64,000 bases of DNA from positions 19,084,767 through 19,148,766 of the forward strand of contig OZ037766.1 in NCBI GenBank assembly GCA_964035545.1, read 5' to 3'. This document shows positions 1 through 18,000 of this stretch, piece by piece; position 1 is the first letter of the stretch; each line of letters begins with the position of its first letter. The notes beneath the pieces were generated by a model. It searched no databases and was not told the DNA's origin. It saw only the letters and a program-made list of their open reading frames with translations. The stretch is from Bugula neritina (lineage: Eukaryota > Animalia > Bryozoa). The position numbers and the translations under genes were made by a program.

Positions 1-3000
1 CTGCAACACATTGAAAAACACTGCAACATACTGAAAGACACTACAACTCACTGAAGGATAGTGTAATAATTGGAAATGTACTGTAACATACTGATACTTA
101 CTGTAACACACTGAATCATACTGCAACATACTGCAATACACTGTAACATACCGAAACAAACTGCAACATACTGCAGCATACTGAAATACACTGTAACATA
201 CTGCAACATACTGAAATACACTGTAACAAACTGAAATACACTGCAACACATTGAAATATACTGCAACATACCCTATCATATTGTAATATACTGAAATATA
301 CTGCAACATACCGCAACATACTGAAGTACACTGTAAGAAACTGAAATACACTGCAACACATTGGTATATACTGCAACATACCCAAATATATGGTAATATA
401 CTGAAATATACTGAAATACACTGTATCACATTGGAAAATACTGCAACATACTGACAGACACTACAACTCACTGACGTATCGTGTAATATACGGACATGTA
501 CTGTAACATACTGAAACACACTGAAACATACTGAAACATACCGAAACATACTGAGACGTACTGAAATACACTGCAACATGCTGCAACATACTGAAGTACA
601 GTGTAACATATTGAACTGCACTGCAACACATTGAAATATACCGCAACACACTGAAAAATACTGCAACACGTCCAAGTACATTGTAATATACGGACATGTA
701 CTGTAACATACTGAAACATACTGAAACAAAATGAAATATACTGTTGCGCACTGAATAATACTGCAAAATGCCGAAATAAACTGTAACACAGTGAAGTATA
801 CTGCAAATTTCTGAAATATACTGCAACATACTGAAATAGGCCTCAACATACTCAAATATACTGCAAGATACTGCAACATACGTAAAAACACTGTAACATA
901 CTGAAATACACTGCAACATACTGCAACATACTGAAGTACACTGTAAAATAATGAAATACACTGCAACACATTGGAATATACTGCAACACACTGAAATGTA
1001 CTGCAACATACTGAAATATACTGCAACATACTGCAACATACTGAAAAACACTGTAACATACTGTAACATACTGAAATACACTGCAAAAAACTGCAACATA
1101 CTGAAGTACACTGTACATATTGAAAAACACTGCAACACAATGAAATATACCTCAACACACTGAAATATACTAAAACATGTTGAAATTTACTGCAACATAC
1201 TGCAACATACTGCATCATACTGAAATACACTGTAACAAACTGAAATACACTGCAACACATTGGAATATACTGCAACATTCCCTGATATCTTGTAATATAC
1301 TGAAATAAACTGCAACATACCGCAAAATACTAAAATACACTGTTACAAACTGAAATACACTGCAACACATTGGTATATACTGCAACATACCCAAATATAT
1401 GGTATTATACTGAAATATACTGAAATACACTGCAACATATTGAAAAAATACTGCAACATACTGAAAGACACTACAACTCACTGAAGTATAGTGTAATATA
1501 CGGAAATGTACTGTAACATACTGATACTTACTGTAACACACTGAATCATACTGCAACATACTGCAATACACTGTAACATACCGAAACAAACTGCAACATA
1601 CTGCAACATACTGAAATACACTGTAACATACTAAAACACACTGCAACATCCTGCAACATACTCCAACGTACTGAAATACACTGTGACATAATGAAATACA
1701 CTGAAAAATACTGCAACATACTGAAGTACACTGTAAAATGTTGAAATACACTGCAACACATTAAAATATACTGCAACACACTGAAGTATACTGCAACATA
1801 CTGTAATATACTGCAACATACTGCAACATACTGAAATACACTGTAACATACTGTAAGATACTGAAATACACTGCAACAAACTGCAACATACTGGAGTATA
1901 CTGTACATATTGGAAAACACTGCAACACACTGATATATACTGCAACACACTGAAATATACTGCAACACTCCATGTACATCGTAATATACGCACATGTACT
2001 GTAACATACTGAAACATACTGAAACATACTGAAACAAAATGAAATAAACTGTAACACACTGAGTAATACTGCAAAATACTGAAATATACTGTAACACAGT
2101 GAAGCATACTGCAAAATTCTGAAACATACTGTAACATACTGAAACATGAGCAATATACTGAAAAATGCCTCAACATACTCAAGTAAACTAAAAGAAACTG
2201 CAACATACGTAATTACATTGTAACATAGTGACATACATTGCAACATACTGCAACATACTGAAGTACACTGTAAAATATTGAAATACACTGCAACACATTG
2301 GAATATACTGCAACACACTGAACTATACTGCAACATACTGCAACATACTGAAATACACTGTAACATACTGTAACATACTGAAATACACTGCAACAAACTG
2401 CAACATACTGAAGTACACTATACATATTGAAAACACTGCAACACACTGAAATATACTGCAACACACTGAAATATACTGCAAAATACTGAAGTATACTTCA
2501 ACACACTGCAGCATACTGAAAGACACTACAACTAACTGAAGTATAGTGCAATATACAGAAAACTACTGTAACATACTGATATTTACTGTAACACACTTAA
2601 ATATACTGCAACATACTGAAATACACTGTAACATACCGAAATAAGCTGCAACATACTGCAACATACTGAAATACACTGCAACATACTAAAATACACTGCA
2701 ACATTCTGCAACATACTTCAACATACCGAATTACACCATAACAAAATGAAATACACTGCAACACATTGAAATATAATGCAACAAACTGAAATATACTGCA
2801 ACATACTGAAGTTTACTGCAACATACTGAAATACACTGCAACATATCGAAGTATATCGTAATATACGGACATGTACTGTAACATACTGAAACGCACTGAA
2901 ACATACTGAAACATACTTCAACACACTGAAATATACTAAAACATATTGAAATATACTGCAACATACTGCAACATACTGAAATACACTGTAACAAACTGAA

Positions 3001-6000
3001 ATACACTGCAACACATTGGAATATACTGCAACATACCCTATCATGTTGTAATATACTGAAATATACTGCAACATACCGCAACATACTGAAATACACTGTA
3101 ACAAACTGAAATACACTGCAACACAATGGTATATACTGCAACATACCCAAATATATGGTAATATACTGAATTACACTGCAGCATTCTGCAACATACTTCA
3201 ACATACTGAAATGTACTGCAACATACTGAAATAGGCCTCAACATACTCAAATATACTGCAAGATACTGCAACATACGTAAAAACACTGTAACATACTGAA
3301 ATACACTGCAACATACTGCAACATACTGAAGTACACTGTAAAATATTGAAATACACTGCAACACATTGGAATATACTGCAACACACTGAAATGTACTGCA
3401 ACACACTGAAATATACTGCAACATACTGCAACATACTGAAAAACACTGTAACATACTGAAATACACTGCAAAAAACTGCAACATACTGAAGTACACTGTA
3501 CATATTGAAAAACACTGCAACACAATGAAATATACCTCAACACACTGAAATATACTGAAACATGTTGAAATATACTGCAACATACTGCAACCTACTGCAA
3601 CATACTGAAATACACTGTAACAAACTGAAATACACTGCAACACATTGGAATATACTGCAACATTCCCTGATATATTGTAATATACTGAAATACACTGCAA
3701 CATACCGCAACATACTGAAATACACTGTTACAAACTGAAATACACTGCAACACATTGGTATATACTGCAACATACCCAAATATATGGTATTATACTGAAA
3801 TATACTGAAATACACTGCAACACATTGAAAAACACTGCAACATACTGAAAGACACTACAACTCACTGAAGGATAGTGTAATAATTGGAAATGTACTGTAA
3901 CATACTGATACTTACTGTAACACACTGAATCATACTGCAACATACTGCAATACACTGTAACATACCGAAACAAACTGCAACATACTGCAGCATACTGAAA
4001 TACACTGTAACATACTGCAACATACTGAAATACACTGTAACAAACTGAAATACACTGCAACACATTGAAATATACTGCAACATACCCTATCATATTGTAA
4101 TATACTGAAATATACTGCAACATACCGCAACATACTGAAGTACACTGTAAGAAACTGAAATACACTGCAACACATTGGTATATACTGCAACATACCCAAA
4201 TATATGGTAATATACTGAAATATACTGAAATACACTGTATCACATTGGAAAATACTGCAACATACTGACAGACACTACAACTCACTGACGTATCGTGTAA
4301 TATACGGACATGTACTGTAACATACTGAAACACACTGAAACATACTGAAACATACCGAAACATACTGAGACGTACTGAAATACACTGCAACATGCTGCAA
4401 CATACTGAAGTACAGTGTAACATATTGAACTACACTGCAACACATTGAAATATACCGCAACACACTGAAAAATACTGCAACACGTCCAAGTACATTGTAA
4501 TATACGGACATGTACTGTAACATACTGAAACATACCGAAACAAAATGAAATATACTGTTGCGCACTGAATAATACTGCAAAATGCCGAAATAAACTGTAA
4601 CACAGTGAAGTATACTGCAAATTTCTGAAATATACTGCAACATACTGAAATAGGCCTCAACATACTCAAATATACTGCAAGATACTGCAACATACGTAAA
4701 AACACTGTAACATACTGAAATACACTGCAACATACTGCAACATACTGAAGTACACTGTAAAATATTGAAATACACTGCAACACATTGGAATATACTGCAA
4801 CACACTGAAGTGTACTGCAACACACTGAAATATACTGCAACATACTGCAACATACTGAAAAACACTGTAACATACTGAAATACACTGCAAAAAACTGCAA
4901 CATACTGAAGTACACTGTACATATTGAAAAACACTGCAACACAATGAAATATACCTCAACACACTGAAATATACTGAAACATGTTGAAATATACTGCAAC
5001 ATACTGCAACCTACTGCAACATACTGAAATACACTGTAACAAACTGAAATACACTGCAACACATTGGAATATACTGCAACATTCCCTGATATATTGTAAT
5101 ATACTGAAATACACTGCAACATACCGCAACATACTGAAATACACTGTTACAAACTGAAATACACTGCAACACATTGGTATATACTGCAACATACCCAAAT
5201 ATATGGTATTATACTGAAATATACTGAAATACACTGCAACACATTGAAAAACACTGCAACATACTGAAAGACACTACAACTCACTGAAGGATAGTGTAAT
5301 AATTGGAAATGTACTGTAACATACTGATACTTACTGTAACACACTGAATCATACTGCAACATACTGCAATACACTGTAACATACCGAAACAAACTGCAAC
5401 ATACTGCAGCATACTGAAATACACTGTAACATACTGCAACATACTGAAATACACTGTAACAAACTGAAATACACTGCAACACATTGAAATATACTGCAAC
5501 ATACCCTATCATATTGTAATATACTGAAATATACTGCAACATACCGCAACATACTGAAAAACACTGTAACATACTGTAACATACTGAAATACACTGCAAA
5601 AAACTGCAACATACTGAAGTACACTGTACATATTGAAAAACACTGCAACACAATGAAATATACCTCAACACACTGAAATATACTAAAACATGTTGAAATT
5701 TACTGCAACATACTGCAACATACTGCAACATACTGAAATACACTGTAACAAACTGAAATACACTGCAACACATTGGAATATACTGCAACATTCCCTGATA
5801 TCTTGTAATATACTGAAATACACTGCAACATACCGCAAAATACTAAAATACACTGTTACAAACTGAAATACACTGCAACACATTGGTATATACTGCAACA
5901 TACCCAAATATATGGTATTATACTGAAATATACTGAAATACACTGCAACATATTGAAAAAATACTGCAACATACTGAAAGACACTACAACTCACTGAAGT

Positions 6001-9000
6001 ATAGTGTAATATACGGAAATGTACTGTAACATACTGATACTTACTGTAACACACTGAATCATACTGCAACATACTGCAATACACTGTAACATACCGAAAC
6101 AAACTGCAACATACTGCAACATAGTAAAATACATTGTAACATACTAAAATACACTGCAACATTCTGCAACATACTTCAACATACTAAAGTACACCGTAAC
6201 ATAATGAAATACACTGCAACACATTGAAATATACTGCAACACACTGAAATATACTGCAACACATCCAAGTACATCGTAATATACGGACATGTACTGTAAC
6301 ATACTGAAACACACTGAAACATACTGAAACATACTGAAACATACTTCAACACACTGGAATATACCAAAACATACTGAAATATACTGCAACATACTGCAAC
6401 ATACTGAAATACACTGTAACAAACTGAAATACTCTGCAACATATTGGAATATACTGCAACATACCCTAATATATTGTAATATACTGCAACATACCGCAAC
6501 ATACTGAAATACACTGTAACAAAGTGAAATACACTGCAACACATTGGTATATACTGCAACATACCCAGATATATGGTAATATACTGAAATACACTGCAAC
6601 ATTCTGCAACATACTTCAACATACTGAAATGTGCTGCAACACACTGAAATACACTGCAACATAACGAGGTATATCGAAATATACGGACATGTACTGTAAC
6701 ATACTGAAACACACTGAAACATACTGAGACGTACTGAAATACGCTGCAACATGCTGCAACATACTGAAGTACAGTGTAACATATTGAAATACACTGCAGC
6801 ACCTTGAAATATACCGCAACACACTGAAATATACTGCAACACATCCAAGTACATCGTAATATACGGACATGTACTGTAACATACTGAAACATACTGAAAC
6901 AAAATTAAATATACTGTTGCGCACTGAATAATACTGCAAAATGCCGAAATAAACTGTAACACAGTGAAGCACACTGCAAATTTCTGAAATATACTGCAAC
7001 ATACTGAAATAGGCCTCAACATACTCAAATATACTGCAAGATACTGCAACATACGTAAAAACACTGTAACATACTGAAATACACTGCAACATACTGCAAC
7101 ATACTGAAGTACACTGTAAAATATTGAAATACACTGCAACACATTGGAATATACTGCAACACACTGAAATGTACTGCAACACACTGAAATATACTGCAAC
7201 ATACTGCAACATACTGAAAAACACTGTAACATACTGAAATACACTGCAACACACTGGTATATACTGCAACATACCCAAATATATGGTATTATACTGAAAT
7301 ATACTGAAATACACTGCAACACATTGAAAAACACTGCAACATACTGAAAGACACTACAACTCACTGAAGGATAGTGTAATATACGGAAATGTACTGTAAC
7401 ATACTGATACTTACTGTAACACACTGAATCATACTGCAACATACTGAAATACACTGTAACATACTGCAACATACTGAAATACACTGTAACAAACTGAAAT
7501 ACACTGCAACACATTGAAATATACTGCAACATACCCTATCATATTGTAATATACTGAAATATACTGCAACATACCGCAACATACTGAAATACACTGTAAG
7601 AAACTGAAATACACTGCAACACATTGGTATATACTGCAACATACCCAAATATATGGTATTATACTGAAATATACTGAAATACACTGTATCACATTGGAAA
7701 ATACTGCAACATACTGACAGACACTACAACTCACTGACGTATCGTGTAATATACGGAAACGTACTGTAACATACTGAAACACAATGCAACATAACGAGGT
7801 ATATCGAAATATACGGACATGTACTGTAACATACTGAAACACACTGAAACATACTGAAACATACCGAAACATACTGAGACGTACTGAAATACACTGCAAC
7901 ATGCTGCAACATACTGAAGTACAGTGTAACATATTGAACTACACTGCAACACATTGAAATATACCGCAACACACTGAAAAATACTGCAACACGTCCAAGT
8001 ACATTGTAATATACGGACATGTACTGTAACATACTGAAACATACCGAAACAAAATGAAATATACTGTTGCGCACTGAATAATACTGCAAAATGCCGAAAT
8101 AAACTGTAACACAGTGAAGTATACTGCAAATTTCTGAAATATACTGCAACATACTGAAATAGGCCTCAACATACTCAAATATACTGCAAGATACTGCAAC
8201 ATACGTAAAAACACTGTAACATACTGAAATACACTGCAACATACTGCAACATACTGAAGTACACTGTAAAATATTGAAATACACTGCAACACATTGGAAT
8301 ATACTGCAACACACTGAAGTGTACTGCAACACACTGAAATATACTGCAACATACTGCAACATACTGAAAAACACTGTAACATACTGAAATACACTGCAAA
8401 AAACTGCAACATACTGAAGTACACTGTACATATTGAAAAACACTGCAACACAATGAAATATACCTCAACACACTGAAATATACTGAAACATGTTGAAATA
8501 TACTGCAACATACTGCAACCTACTGCAACATACTGAAATACACTGTAACAAACTGAAATACACTGCAACACATTGGAATATACTGCAACATTCCCTGATA
8601 TATTGTAATATACTGAAATACACTGCAACATACCGCAACATACTGAAATACACTGTTACAAACTGAAATACACTGCAACACATTGGTATATACTGCAACA
8701 TACCCAAATATATGGTATTATACTGAAATATACTGAAATACACTGCAACACATTGAAAAACACTGCAACATACTGAAAGACACTACAACTCACTGAAGGA
8801 TAGTGTAATAATTGGAAATGTACTGTAACATACTGATACTTACTGTAACACACTGAATCATACTGCAACATACTGCAATACACTGTAACATACCGAAACA
8901 AACTGCAACATACTGCAGCATACTGAAATACACTGTAACATACTGCAACATACTGAAATACACTGTAACAAACTGAAATACACTGCAACACATTGAAATA

Positions 9001-12000
9001 TACTGCAACATACCCTATCATATTGTAATATACTGAAATATACTGCAACATACCGCAACATACTGAAGTACACTGTAAGAAACTGAAATACACTGCAACA
9101 CATTGGTATATACTGCAACATACCCAAATATATGGTAATATACTGAAATATACTGAAATACACTGTATCACATTGGAAAATACTGCAACATACTGACAGA
9201 CACTACAACTCACTGACGTATCGTGTAATATACGGACATGTACTGTAACATACTGAAACACACTGAAACATACTGAAACATACCGAAACATACTGAGACG
9301 TACTGAAATACACTGCAACATGCTGCAACATACTGAAGTACAGTGTAACATATTGAACTGCACTGCAACACATTGAAATATACCGCAACACACTGAAAAA
9401 TACTGCAACACGTCCAAGTACATTGTAATATACGGACATGTACTGTAACATACTGAAACATACTGAAACAAAATGAAATATACTGTTGCGCACTGAATAA
9501 TACTGCAAAATGCCGAAATAAACTGTAACACAGTGAAGTATACTGCAAATTTCTGAAATATACTGCAACATACTGAAATAGGCCTCAACATACTCAAATA
9601 TACTGCAAGATACTGCAACATACGTAAAAACACTGTAACATACTGAAATACACTGCAACATACTGCAACATACTGAAGTACACTGTAAAATATTGAAATA
9701 CACTGCAACACATTGGAATATACTGCAACACACTGAAATGTACTGCAACATACTGAAATATACTGCAACATACTGCAACATACTGAAAAACACTGTAACA
9801 TACTGTAACATACTGAAATACACTGCAAAAAACTGCAACATACTGAAGTACACTGTACATATTGAAAAACACTGCAACACAATGAAATATACCTCAACAC
9901 ACTGAAATATACTAAAACATGTTGAAATTTACTGCAACATACTGCAACATACTGCATCATACTGAAATACACTGTAACAAACTGAAATACACTGCAACAC
10001 ATTGGAATATACTGCAACATTCCCTGATATCTTGTAATATACTGAAATAAACTGCAACATACCGCAAAATACTAAAATACACTGTTACAAACTGAAATAC
10101 ACTGCAACACATTGGTATATACTGCAACATACCCAAATATATGGTATTATACTGAAATATACTGAAATACACTGCAACATATTGAAAAAATACTGCAACA
10201 TACTGAAAGACACTACAACTCACTGAAGTATAGTGTAATATACGGAAATGTACTGTAACATACTGATACTTACTGTAACACACTGAATCATACTGCAACA
10301 TACTGCAATACACTGTAACATACCGAAACAAACTGCAACATACTGCAACATACTGAAATACACTGTAACATACTAAAACACACTGCAACATCCTGCAACA
10401 TACTCCAACGTACTGAAATACACTGTGACATAATGAAATACACTGAAAAATACTGCAACATACTGAAGTACACTGTAAAATGTTGAAATACACTGCAACA
10501 CATTAAAATATACTGCAACACACTGAAGTATACTGCAACATACTGTAATATACTGCAACATACTGCAACATACTGAAATACACTGTAACATACTGTAAGA
10601 TACTGAAATACACTGCAACAAACTGCAACATACTGGAGTATACTGTACATATTGGAAAACACTGCAACACACTGATATATACTGCAACACACTGAAATAT
10701 ACTGCAACACTCCATGTACATCGTAATATACGCACATGTACTGTAACATACTGAAACATACTGAAACATACTGAAACAAAATGAAATAAACTGTAACACA
10801 CTGAGTAATACTGCAAAATACTGAAATATACTGTAACACAGTGAAGCATACTGCAAAATTCTGAAACATACTGTAACATACTGAAACATGAGCAATATAC
10901 TGAAAAATGCCTCAACATACTCAAGTAAACTAAAAGAAACTGCAACATACGTAATTACATTGTAACATAGTGACATACATTGCAACATACTGCAACATAC
11001 TGAAGTACACTGTAAAATATTGAAATACACTGCAACACATTGGAATATACTGCAACACACTGAACTATACTGCAACATACTGCAACATACTGAAATACAC
11101 TGTAACATACTGTAACATACTGAAATACACTGCAACAAACTGCAACATACTGAAGTACACTATACATATTGAAAACACTGCAACACACTGAAATATACTG
11201 CAACACACTGAAATATACTGCAAAATACTGAAGTATACTTCAACACACTGCAGCATACTGAAAGACACTACAACTAACTGAAGTATAGTGCAATATACAG
11301 AAAACTACTGTAACATACTGATATTTACTGTAACACACTTAAATATACTGCAACATACTGAAATACACTGCAACATACTAAAATACACTGCAACATTCTG
11401 CAACATACTTCAACATACCGAATTACACCATAACAAAATGAAATACACTGCAACACATTGAAATATAATGCAACAAACTGAAATATACTGCAACATACTG
11501 AAGTTTACTGCAACATACTGAAATACACTGCAACATATCGAAGTATATCGTAATATACGGACATGTACTGTAACATACTGAAACGCACTGAAACATACTG
11601 AAACATACTTCAACACACTGAAATATACTAAAACATATTGAAATATACTGCAACATACTGCAACATACTGAAATACACTGTAACAAACTGAAATACACTG
11701 CAACACATTGGAATATACTGCAACATACCCTATCATGTTGTAATATACTGAAATATACTGCAACATACCGCAACATACTGAAATACACTGTAACAAACTG
11801 AAATACACTGCAACACAATGGTATATACTGCAACATACCCAAATATATGGTAATATACTGAATTACACTGCAGCATTCTGCAACATACTTCAACATACTG
11901 AAATGTACTGCAACATACTGAAATAGGCCTCAACATACTCAAATATACTGCAAGATACTGCAACATACGTAAAAACACTGTAACATACTGAAATACACTG

Positions 12001-15000
12001 CAACATACTGCAACATACTGAAGTACACTGTAAAATATTGAAATACACTGCAACACATTGGAATATACTGCAACACACTGAAATGTACTGCAACACACTG
12101 AAATATACTGCAACATACTGCAACATACTGAAAAACACTGTAACATACTGAAATACACTGCAAAAAACTGCAACATACTGAAGTACACTGTACATATTGA
12201 AAAACACTGCAACACAATGAAATATACCTCAACACACTGAAATATACTGAAACATGTTGAAATATACTGCAACATACTGCAACCTACTGCAACATACTGA
12301 AATACACTGTAACAAACTGAAATACACTGCAACACATTGGAATATACTGCAACATTCCCTGATATATTGTAATATACTGAAATACACTGCAACATACCGC
12401 AACATACTGAAATACACTGTTACAAACTGAAATACACTGCAACACATTGGTATATACTGCAACATACCCAAATATATGGTATTATACTGAAATATACTGA
12501 AATACACTGCAACACATTGAAAAACACTGCAACATACTGAAAGACACTACAACTCACTGAAGGATAGTGTAATAATTGGAAATGTACTGTAACATACTGA
12601 TACTTACTGTAACACACTGAATCATACTGCAACATACTGCAATACACTGTAACATACTGAAACAAACTGCAACATACTGCAGCATACTGAAATACACTGT
12701 AACATACTGCAACATACTGAAATACACTGTAACAAACTGAAATACACTGCAACACATTGAAATATACTGCAACATACCCTATCATATTGTAATATACTGA
12801 AATATACTGCAACATACCGCAACATACTGAAGTACACTGTAAGAAACTGAAATACACTGCAACACATTGGTATATACTGCAACATACCCAAATATATGGT
12901 AATATACTGAAATATACTGAAATACACTGTATCACATTGGAAAATACTGCAACATACTGACAGACACTACAACTCACTGACGTATCGTGTAATATACGGA
13001 CATGTACTGTAACATACTGAAACACACTGAAACATACTGAAACATACCGAAACATACTGAGACGTACTGAAATACACTGCAACATGCTGCAACATACTGA
13101 AGTACAGTGTAACATATTGAACTGCACTGCAACACATTGAAATATACCGCAACACACTGAAAAATACTGCAACACGTCCAAGTACATTGTAATATACGGA
13201 CATGTACTGTAACATACTGAAACATACTGAAACAAAATGAAATATACTGTTGCGCACTGAATAATACTGCAAAATGCCGAAATAAACTGTAACACAGTGA
13301 AGTATACTGCAAATTTCTGAAATATACTGCAACATACTGAAATAGGCCTCAACATACTCAAATATACTGCAAGATACTGCAACATACGTAAAAACACTGT
13401 AACATACTGAAATACACTGCAACATACTGCAACATACTGAAGTACACTGTAAAATATTGAAATACACTGCAACACATTGGAATATACTGCAACACACTGA
13501 AATGTACTGCAACATACTGAAATATACTGCAACATACTGCAACATACTGAAAAACACTGTAACATACTGTAACATACTGAAATACACTGCAAAAAACTGC
13601 AACATACTGAAGTACACTGTACATATTGAAAAACACTGCAACACAATGAAATATACCTCAACACACTGAAATATACTAAAACATGTTGAAATTTACTGCA
13701 ACATACTGCAACATACTGCATCATACTGAAATACACTGTAACAAACTGAAATACACTGCAACACATTGGAATATACTGCAACATTCCCTGATATCTTGTA
13801 ATATACTGAAATAAACTGCAACATACCGCAAAATACTAAAATACACTGTTACAAACTGAAATACACTGCAACACATTGGTATATACTGCAACATACCCAA
13901 ATATATGGTATTATACTGAAATATACTGAAATACACTGCAACATATTGAAAAAATACTGCAACATACTGAAAGACACTACAACTCACTGAAGTATAGTGT
14001 AATATACGGAAATGTACTGTAACATACTGATACTTACTGTAACACACTGAATCATACTGCAACATACTGCAATACACTGTAACATACCGAAACAAACTGC
14101 AACATACTGCAACATACTGAAATACACTGTAACATACTAAAACACACTGCAACATCCTGCAACATACTCCAACGTACTGAAATACACTGTGACATAATGA
14201 AATACACTGAAAAATACTGCAACATACTGAAGTACACTGTAAAATGTTGAAATACACTGCAACACATTAAAATATACTGCAACACACTGAAGTATACTGC
14301 AACATACTGTAATATACTGCAACATACTGCAACATACTGAAATACACTGTAACATACTGTAAGATACTGAAATACACTGCAACAAACTGCAACATACTGG
14401 AGTATACTGTACATATTGGAAAACACTGCAACACACTGATATATACTGCAACACACTGAAATATACTGCAACACTCCATGTACATCGTAATATACGCACA
14501 TGTACTGTAACATACTGAAACATACTGAAACATACTGAAACAAAATGAAATAAACTGTAACACACTGAGTAATACTGCAAAATACTGAAATATACTGTAA
14601 CACAGTGAAGCATACTGCAAAATTCTGAAACATACTGTAACATACTGAAACATGAGCAATATACTGAAAAATGCCTCAACATACTCAAGTAAACTAAAAG
14701 AAACTGCAACATACGTAATTACATTGTAACATAGTGACATACATTGCAACATACTGCAACATACTGAAGTACACTGTAAAATATTGAAATACACTGCAAC
14801 ACATTGGAATATACTGCAACACACTGAACTATACTGCAACATACTGCAACATACTGAAATACACTGTAACATACTGTAACATACTGAAATACACTGCAAC
14901 AAACTGCAACATACTGAAGTACACTATACATATTGAAAACACTGCAACACACTGAAATATACTGCAACACACTGAAATATACTGCAAAATACTGAAGTAT

Positions 15001-18000
15001 ACTTCAACACACTGCAGCATACTGAAAGACACTACAACTAACTGAAGTATAGTGCAATATACAGAAAACTACTGTAACATACTGATATTTACTGTAACAC
15101 ACTTAAATATACTGCAACATACTGAAATACACTGCAACATACTAAAATACACTGCAACATTCTGCAACATACTTCAACATACCGAATTACACCATAACAA
15201 AATGAAATACACTGCAACACATTGAAATATAATGCAACAAACTGAAATATACTGCAACATACTGAAGTTTACTGCAACATACTGAAATACACTGCAACAT
15301 ATCGAAGTATATCGTAATATACGGACATGTACTGTAACATACTGAAACGCACTGAAACATACTGAAACATACTTCAACACACTGAAATATACTAAAACAT
15401 ATTGAAATATACTGCAACATACTGCAACATACTGAAATACACTGTAACAAACTGAAATACACTGCAACACATTGGAATATACTGCAACATACCCTATCAT
15501 GTTGTAATATACTGAAATATACTGCAACATACCGCAACATACTGAAATACACTGTAACAAACTGAAATACACTGCAACACAATGGTATATACTGCAACAT
15601 ACCCAAATATATGGTAATATACTGAATTACACTGCAGCATTCTGCAACATACTTCAACATACTGAAATGTACTGCAACATACTGAAATAGGCCTCAACAT
15701 ACTCAAATATACTGCAAGATACTGCAACATACGTAAAAACACTGTAACATACTGAAATACACTGCAACATACTGCAACATACTGAAGTACACTGTAAAAT
15801 ATTGAAATACACTGCAACACATTGGAATATACTGCAACACACTGAAATGTACTGCAACACACTGAAATATACTGCAACATACTGCAACATACTGAAAAAC
15901 ACTGTAACATACTGAAATACACTGCAAAAAACTGCAACATACTGAAGTACACTGTACATATTGAAAAACACTGCAACACAATGAAATATACCTCAACACA
16001 CTGAAATATACTGAAACATGTTGAAATATACTGCAACATACTGCAACCTACTGCAACATACTGAAATACACTGTAACAAACTGAAATACACTGCAACACA
16101 TTGGAATATACTGCAACATTCCCTGATATATTGTAATATACTGAAATACACTGCAACATACCGCAACATACTGAAATACACTGTTACAAACTGAAATACA
16201 CTGCAACACATTGGTATATACTGCAACATACCCAAATATATGGTATTATACTGAAATATACTGAAATACACTGCAACACATTGAAAAACACTGCAACATA
16301 CTGAAAGACACTACAACTCACTGAAGGATAGTGTAATAATTGGAAATGTACTGTAACATACTGATACTTACTGTAACACACTGAATCATACTGCAACATA
16401 CTGCAATACACTGTAACATACTGAAACAAACTGCAACATACTGCAGCATACTGAAATACACTGTAACATACTGCAACATACTGAAATACACTGTAACAAA
16501 CTGAAATACACTGCAACACATTGAAATATACTGCAACATACCCTATCATATTGTAATATACTGAAATATACTGCAACATACCGCAACATACTGAAGTACA
16601 CTGTAAGAAACTGAAATACACTGCAACACATTGGTATATACTGCAACATACCCAAATATATGGTAATATACTGAAATATACTGAAATACACTGTATCACA
16701 TTGGAAAATACTGCAACATACTGACAGACACTACAACTCACTGACGTATCGTGTAATATACGGACATGTACTGTAACATACTGAAACACACTGAAACATA
16801 CTGAAACATACCGAAACATACTGAGACGTACTGAAATACACTGCAACATGCTGCAACATACTGAAGTACAGTGTAACATATTGAACTGCACTGCAACACA
16901 TTGAAATATACCGCAACACACTGAAAAATACTGCAACACGTCCAAGTACATTGTAATATACGGACATGTACTGTAACATACTGAAACATACTGAAACAAA
17001 ATGAAATATACTGTTGCGCACTGAATAATACTGCAAAATGCCGAAATAAACTGTAACACAGTGAAGTATACTGCAAATTTCTGAAATATACTGCAACATA
17101 CTGAAATAGGCCTCAACATACTCAAATATACTGCAAGATACTGCAACATACGTAAAAACACTGTAACATACTGAAATACACTGCAACATACTGCAACATA
17201 CTGAAGTACACTGTAAAATATTGAAATACACTGCAACACATTGGAATATACTGCAACACACTGAAATGTACTGCAACATACTGAAATATACTGCAACATA
17301 CTGCAACATACTGAAAAACACTGTAACATACTGTAACATACTGAAATACACTGCAAAAAACTGCAACATACTGAAGTACACTGTACATATTGAAAAACAC
17401 TGCAACACAATGAAATATACCTCAACACACTGAAATATACTAAAACATGTTGAAATTTACTGCAACATACTGCAACATACTGCATCATACTGAAATACAC
17501 TGTAACAAACTGAAATACACTGCAACACATTGGAATATACTGCAACATTCCCTGATATCTTGTAATATACTGAAATAAACTGCAACATACCGCAAAATAC
17601 TAAAATACACTGTTACAAACTGAAATACACTGCAACACATTGGTATATACTGCAACATACCCAAATATATGGTATTATACTGAAATATACTGAAATACAC
17701 TGCAACATATTGAAAAAATACTGCAACATACTGAAAGACACTACAACTCACTGAAGTATAGTGTAATATACGGAAATGTACTGTAACATACTGATACTTA
17801 CTGTAACACACTGAATCATACTGCAACATACTGCAATACACTGTAACATACCGAAACAAACTGCAACATACTGCAACATACTGAAATACACTGTAACATA
17901 CTAAAACACACTGCAACATCCTGCAACATACTCCAACGTACTGAAATACACTGTGACATAATGAAATACACTGAAAAATACTGCAACATACTGAAGTACA

